DNA of 53,487 nt, filler included, from Squatina squatina (lineage: Eukaryota): assembly GCA_031763465.1 (NCBI GenBank). It is 2 parts of 2 records of this genome, joined end to end, with 100 filler letters (N's around TTAATTAATTAA, not from the genome) between each part and the next. Parts side by side here need not be neighbours in the genome. Positions count along the whole stretch, not along the records: positions 21,716 to 53,487 come from JARFOE010000233.1; 1 more part is not named here. One strand, 5' to 3'. Made by a program: the position numbers and the translations under genes. The number at the start of each line of letters is the position of its first letter. The first letter of the stretch is position 1. Shown piece by piece: positions 49,515-53,487 of this stretch. Below the pieces are notes generated by a model. That model searched no databases and was not told the origin of the DNA. It saw only the letters and a list, made by a program, of their open reading frames with translations.

Positions 49515-50056
49515 GTAAGTTGTATGTGTTGTATTCCAAAGATTTTTGAANNNNNNNNNNNNNNNNNNNNNNNNNNNNNNNNNNNNNNNNNNNNNNNNNN
49601 NNNNNNNNNNNNNNNNNNNNNNNNNNNNNNNNNNNNNNNNNNNNNNNNNNAAGTGGGCATCAAGCTCTCTGATGGAAACTATGCTGAACTTTGGCGATAG
49701 CCTGAGACTGATCTTCTTCCATCCTATGTCTATTGGTCATGATACTTAGGCTTTTAATGAATGCCTAAGCTTTGGTCTGACATCTGTAAAGTCTTTTTTA
49801 TTATTATTTTATTCATCTGAAGCTATGGCTAATATAATGTAAAATGCTTACATTTCTCTCTGCTACCAACTTTTTTCACGTCAAGGAAGCATGCTTCTCA
49901 TTTACCAGACAGATGAGTGGTTTTGAACTTTTAAAAGTAAGAAAATCATTGTTCATGCAGGTGTTTTGCTCAGGTGAATTTTACTGCATGTTTTTTTTTA
50001 AGTTAACATTGAAAGATGAAATGAAACTGACCAACTAAAATGAATGTTGCATTCAG

Positions 50057-50126
50057 GTTACGAAGTGTAAAAATGGAACAAAGGAAATTAAATGATCAGG
50101 CAAATACTTTGGTGGACCTTGCTAAG
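50057..50126 (+). CDS. KCNN2: KCNN2 exon ([23 protein letters not shown])
   Basis: SK2 CaMBD C-terminal half; 70 nt; canonical sites. Confidence 0.97.
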
Positions 50127-51051
50127 GTTAGTAGGATTCATTGTAAATTTGCTAAAATTGTTTTAAATTTTGCACTTTGAAATTCTTTTAAAATTGGTAG
50201 GCTGCTGTTCTGATCATTAATTCTAATTCCTTCCCTAACCACCTCAGAGTTATTTATGTGATTCTAACATTGTTGTTCTTTAATGTATGCAGACATCATA
50301 AAAATGTTCCTTGTTTATTTATTATCCATAATGTACAATAGATAAACTAGATAATCCAACTGGGGAAACCGTTGGAATGATTTGTATTTCCCTTTGATTT
50401 CCCCCCTCTCATACTCTACGTACGTATTTCACTCTGTCTTGTCTCATTCCTTTTTCCCAGTCACAGGAATCAGTCTTGTAAATAAATGGGCACAAATTAC
50501 TACAGATGCTTCGTTAAAGGAAATGTTACCACAAAAATACTTTATTTCAACTGCCTCATTCCACAATTGAGGAATATTGTTGGACAGTTACTGTGCAGGG
50601 CCTNNNNNNNNNNNNNNNNNNNNNNNNNNNNNNNNNNNNNNNNNNNNNNNNNNNNNNNNNNNNNNNNNNNNNNNNNNNNNNNNNNNNNNNNNNNNNNNNN
50701 NNNAAGAATAAGTCTTTTCTTCAAGACTGGGATTTTGGCTTTGAGAAAAATAATATCCACAGTTGTGATTGATATATAGAAAGATAATACCGAGAGTTGT
50801 TACTGTCAGATCGGTCATTCATTGATTATTGTATGACTGGTTATATTGACAACCTCCAAAATCATTTGTATTATGATTTGTTGTTAAATTGACAATGTTG
50901 ATTTTTCATGTGTCATTCATTGTATTGGCAGATCATTTAGAATAGTCCTGACTTTAATGATTGCTGTTAACTTGGGACAAAAACAAATTGTTTCTGGAAA
51001 ATACTCAGCAAATACTAAAACTACCAACTCTGTTCTTTCCCTTCATTTTAG

Positions 51052-51339
51052 ACACAAAACATTATGTATGACATGATCTCAGACCTGAATGAAAGGAGTG
51101 AAGATCTTGAGAAAAGGATTGTAACATTGGAAAATAAATTAGAGACATTAATAGGGAGTATCCAAGCTCTACCTGGACTGATTAGTCAGACAATCAGCCA
51201 GCAACAGAGGGAATTCCTTGAAGCTCAGATACAACACCATGACAAACAAATTACCTACAGTGCTGAGCGGTCACGGTCATCAACCAGAAGGAGAAGGTCC
51301 TCCTCCACAGCTCCACCAACATCATCGGAAAGTAGCTAG
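51052..51339 (+). CDS. KCNN2: KCNN2 last coding exon ([23 protein letters not shown]...[17 protein letters not shown]-stop)
   Basis: SK2-specific C-terminus; ttttag acceptor; TAG stop. Confidence 0.98.
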   Translation, partial: TQNIMYDMISDLNERSEDLEKRIVTLENKLETLIGSIQALPGLISQTISQQQREFLEAQIQHHDKQITYSAERSRSSTRRRRSSSTAPPTSSESS

Positions 51340-51630
51340 AAGTGAACATTATAACCACAAGAACAAACTTTTTTTTGCCATCATATGGTTGATATTTTAG
51401 CTTTTATTGTAAAGCCCTAACAATACTAAACAGTGTTATCCGGGTTCTGATGTCAGAATCCAGGGAACCTGAAAAAATATTTTAGGCCAAAAGGAGTGAG
51501 TGCTCTCCTTCAGATGCACAGTGAATGCACCTAACCTGCTACATAGATTGTTTCTTCTGTACAATTCACTTGACTTTTTACTCACACACTTCAACTGACT
51601 TTACTAATATATGATATAATAAAAAGAACC
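51340..51630 (+). promoter_or_regulatory. KCNN2 3' UTR with poly(A) signal AATAAA at 51618-51623
   Basis: AATAAA followed by U/GU-rich sequence; blocks recalled as similar to the mammalian KCNN2 UTR. Confidence 0.65.
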
Positions 51631-53487
51631 TTTCTGGATATTTCTGTTTGGTCAGTTTAAGCCCTTCTCTTCATGGGCACAGCTGCAGCAGAACTCAGGT
51701 GCTATCTCGCTCTCCAGCAATATGACATCTGCGGTGCCCTGGCTGCAGTGTACTCATGCCCGGTGTATCAGCATGTGCAGGTCTAATCTATCTAAGATAA
51801 GTGCAGTGTCAGTGTCTGTGTGTGTACAGATCTGTATGGGTAGAGCTAAGAAATACCAAGGNNNNNNNNNNNNNNNNNNNNNNNNNNNNNNNNNNNNNNN
51901 NNNNNNNNNNNNNNNNNNNNNNNNNNNNNNNNNNNNNNNNNNNNNNNNNNNNNNNNNNNNNAATTTAAAATTCATGTATCACAGCACCAGTATGAAGTAA
52001 TGGGATGGGGTCCTCATAAACATCCAGTGTTCGCAAACTTGGGAAAAGGGCCTCAAGAGATCTTTATTCTGTTTAAGTCTTAAAAGGGGCATTGTCATCT
52101 GAAAAGTTGTCTACTAAGAAGAATTTCTCATAAGGCAATTATCCACCTGATCTGTTGGTTAAATAAAAATTATCCCAAAAAAACATACTGCAAACATTAA
52201 TACAACATAAACCCTCTTCAGTCAATGGACAGCATTAGAGTTGAATTTTTAAAGCAGGCCAAAGCTACCCAGAACCCTCTATAAATTGATAACCTCCTCT
52301 GAGATGCGACCACTTCATACCTCTATAGTCCAAAAAAGTTTGTTAATAAACACCTATATTGTGGGATGACTGTGGTCAATGCAAGTGATGGTCGGTGGCC
52401 AGTCAGAAGTGCCACTTTGACTAAAAATCGATACTGGTCCAAATGTGCCTCTGCAGGACCAGATGGTGGGCAAGGGCAGAGTTTTTTTTTATCCTGCCGG
52501 AAATAATATCATGAAAATGAGCCACGGCTGGAAGATGAGGGGGGAGAAAATTGCAAAAGAACAAAATAATAAATATGAACCTTTCCCAATTCTGTGTGCC
52601 GAGATAGCGCATTTTTTTTTTGAATGCTTAAAATGAAATTTAACACCTGTACTCTCTGAAAACAAACCAGTGCACAAAGTGTGAAGTGACTACTAGTGAA
52701 GATGATTTGTATTGTGTCTTCATTAATAAATATATGGGTCTCTGACTGAGGAAAGGTCATGGCTGCAATTACACATGCTGAAGTAAAGGCTCAATATGTC
52801 ATGCCTAATTGAATACGTTTTAATGCTCCATCATGAATATTTTATAGTAAGTCTTAAGAAAGTTTGATGTATAACACATGGGAAATGTCAACCCCCTTTT
52901 GAAAGCCAGCAAGCTTTAATAAACAAGTTAGACTTATCATCTGATCTCTGTAATTTAACCGCACTGGGTTAATTGCAGTGCTTGCCACTGTAATAGCAAC
53001 ACAAGGGGCTGTAACCGCTAAGGGAGCAGAGCCTTTAGGAAAAGTAGCACTCAAGAAGACAGGAACAGAAATTTATGAATTTGTAGTCACTATAGTAAAA
53101 AATAAAATGTTAATGAATTTAAATGTTTATTAGCTTCCAGCCAGCGAATGCAAGCATCGTCTGTTCAGCTCATAACAGGCTTTAAGCAGGAAAGCTTATT
53201 TGCTGTTTGGATCAATTACAAAAGAAACAGTTAATTTAAATAATTTTTACAATTGTACTACTGTAGTATAACTATTTTCAAGTTTACAACTTACTACTGT
53301 CGTGTGTTTCATAAAGCGTAGTAGATTTTATTGTTGTAGGTTAGTAAAATTTGTCAACGTAGTAACAGCTAGGAGTGGGCCACTTCAAGATATAAATGAA
53401 GTATTATTACTGTTCCTACGCATTGAATCAGCATGAAGAGTATTTTTTCTGACAGAGCCAGACGGCAGGATTTTAGCAAGAAGCTAT

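Noticed and set aside
51655-51861. GC-richer open frame after the KCNN2 poly(A) signal as an alternative last exon
   Set aside because: No recognisable homology, truncated by a gap, and no supporting splice logic.

Overview
Eukaryotic vertebrate genomic DNA, almost certainly a cartilaginous fish (shark-type DeuSINE, CR1, Penelope and Harbinger repeats). It is a heavily gapped draft scaffold, so most genes are present only as isolated exons. An artificial N44-TTAATTAATTAA-N44 linker at 21616-21715 splits the window into two blocks. The left block resembles human 17q23-24: RGS9 (+; exon 1, two GGL/RGS exons and the long-isoform RGS9-2 exon), one exon of a CEMIP/TMEM2-family gene (-), a PECAM1-domain-6-like Ig exon and an allergin-1/MILR1-like Ig exon (+), and the 3' exons of POLG2 (-). 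The right block resembles human 5q22: YTH-domain exons of YTHDC2 (+), about 15 kb of repeat-rich intergenic DNA, and KCNN2/SK2 (+). KCNN2 includes the SK2-L N-terminal extension, a 9-nt ARK micro-exon in the calmodulin-binding domain and its 3' UTR. The most interesting leads are a possible third CEMIP paralogue, a shark PECAM1/allergin-1-type receptor locus, the SK2 micro-exon, a perfect PBX-MEIS decamer in the RGS9 promoter and Penelope hammerhead remnants. No prokaryote-type system (CRISPR etc.) is present. Comparisons with human proteins are from memory and need alignment.
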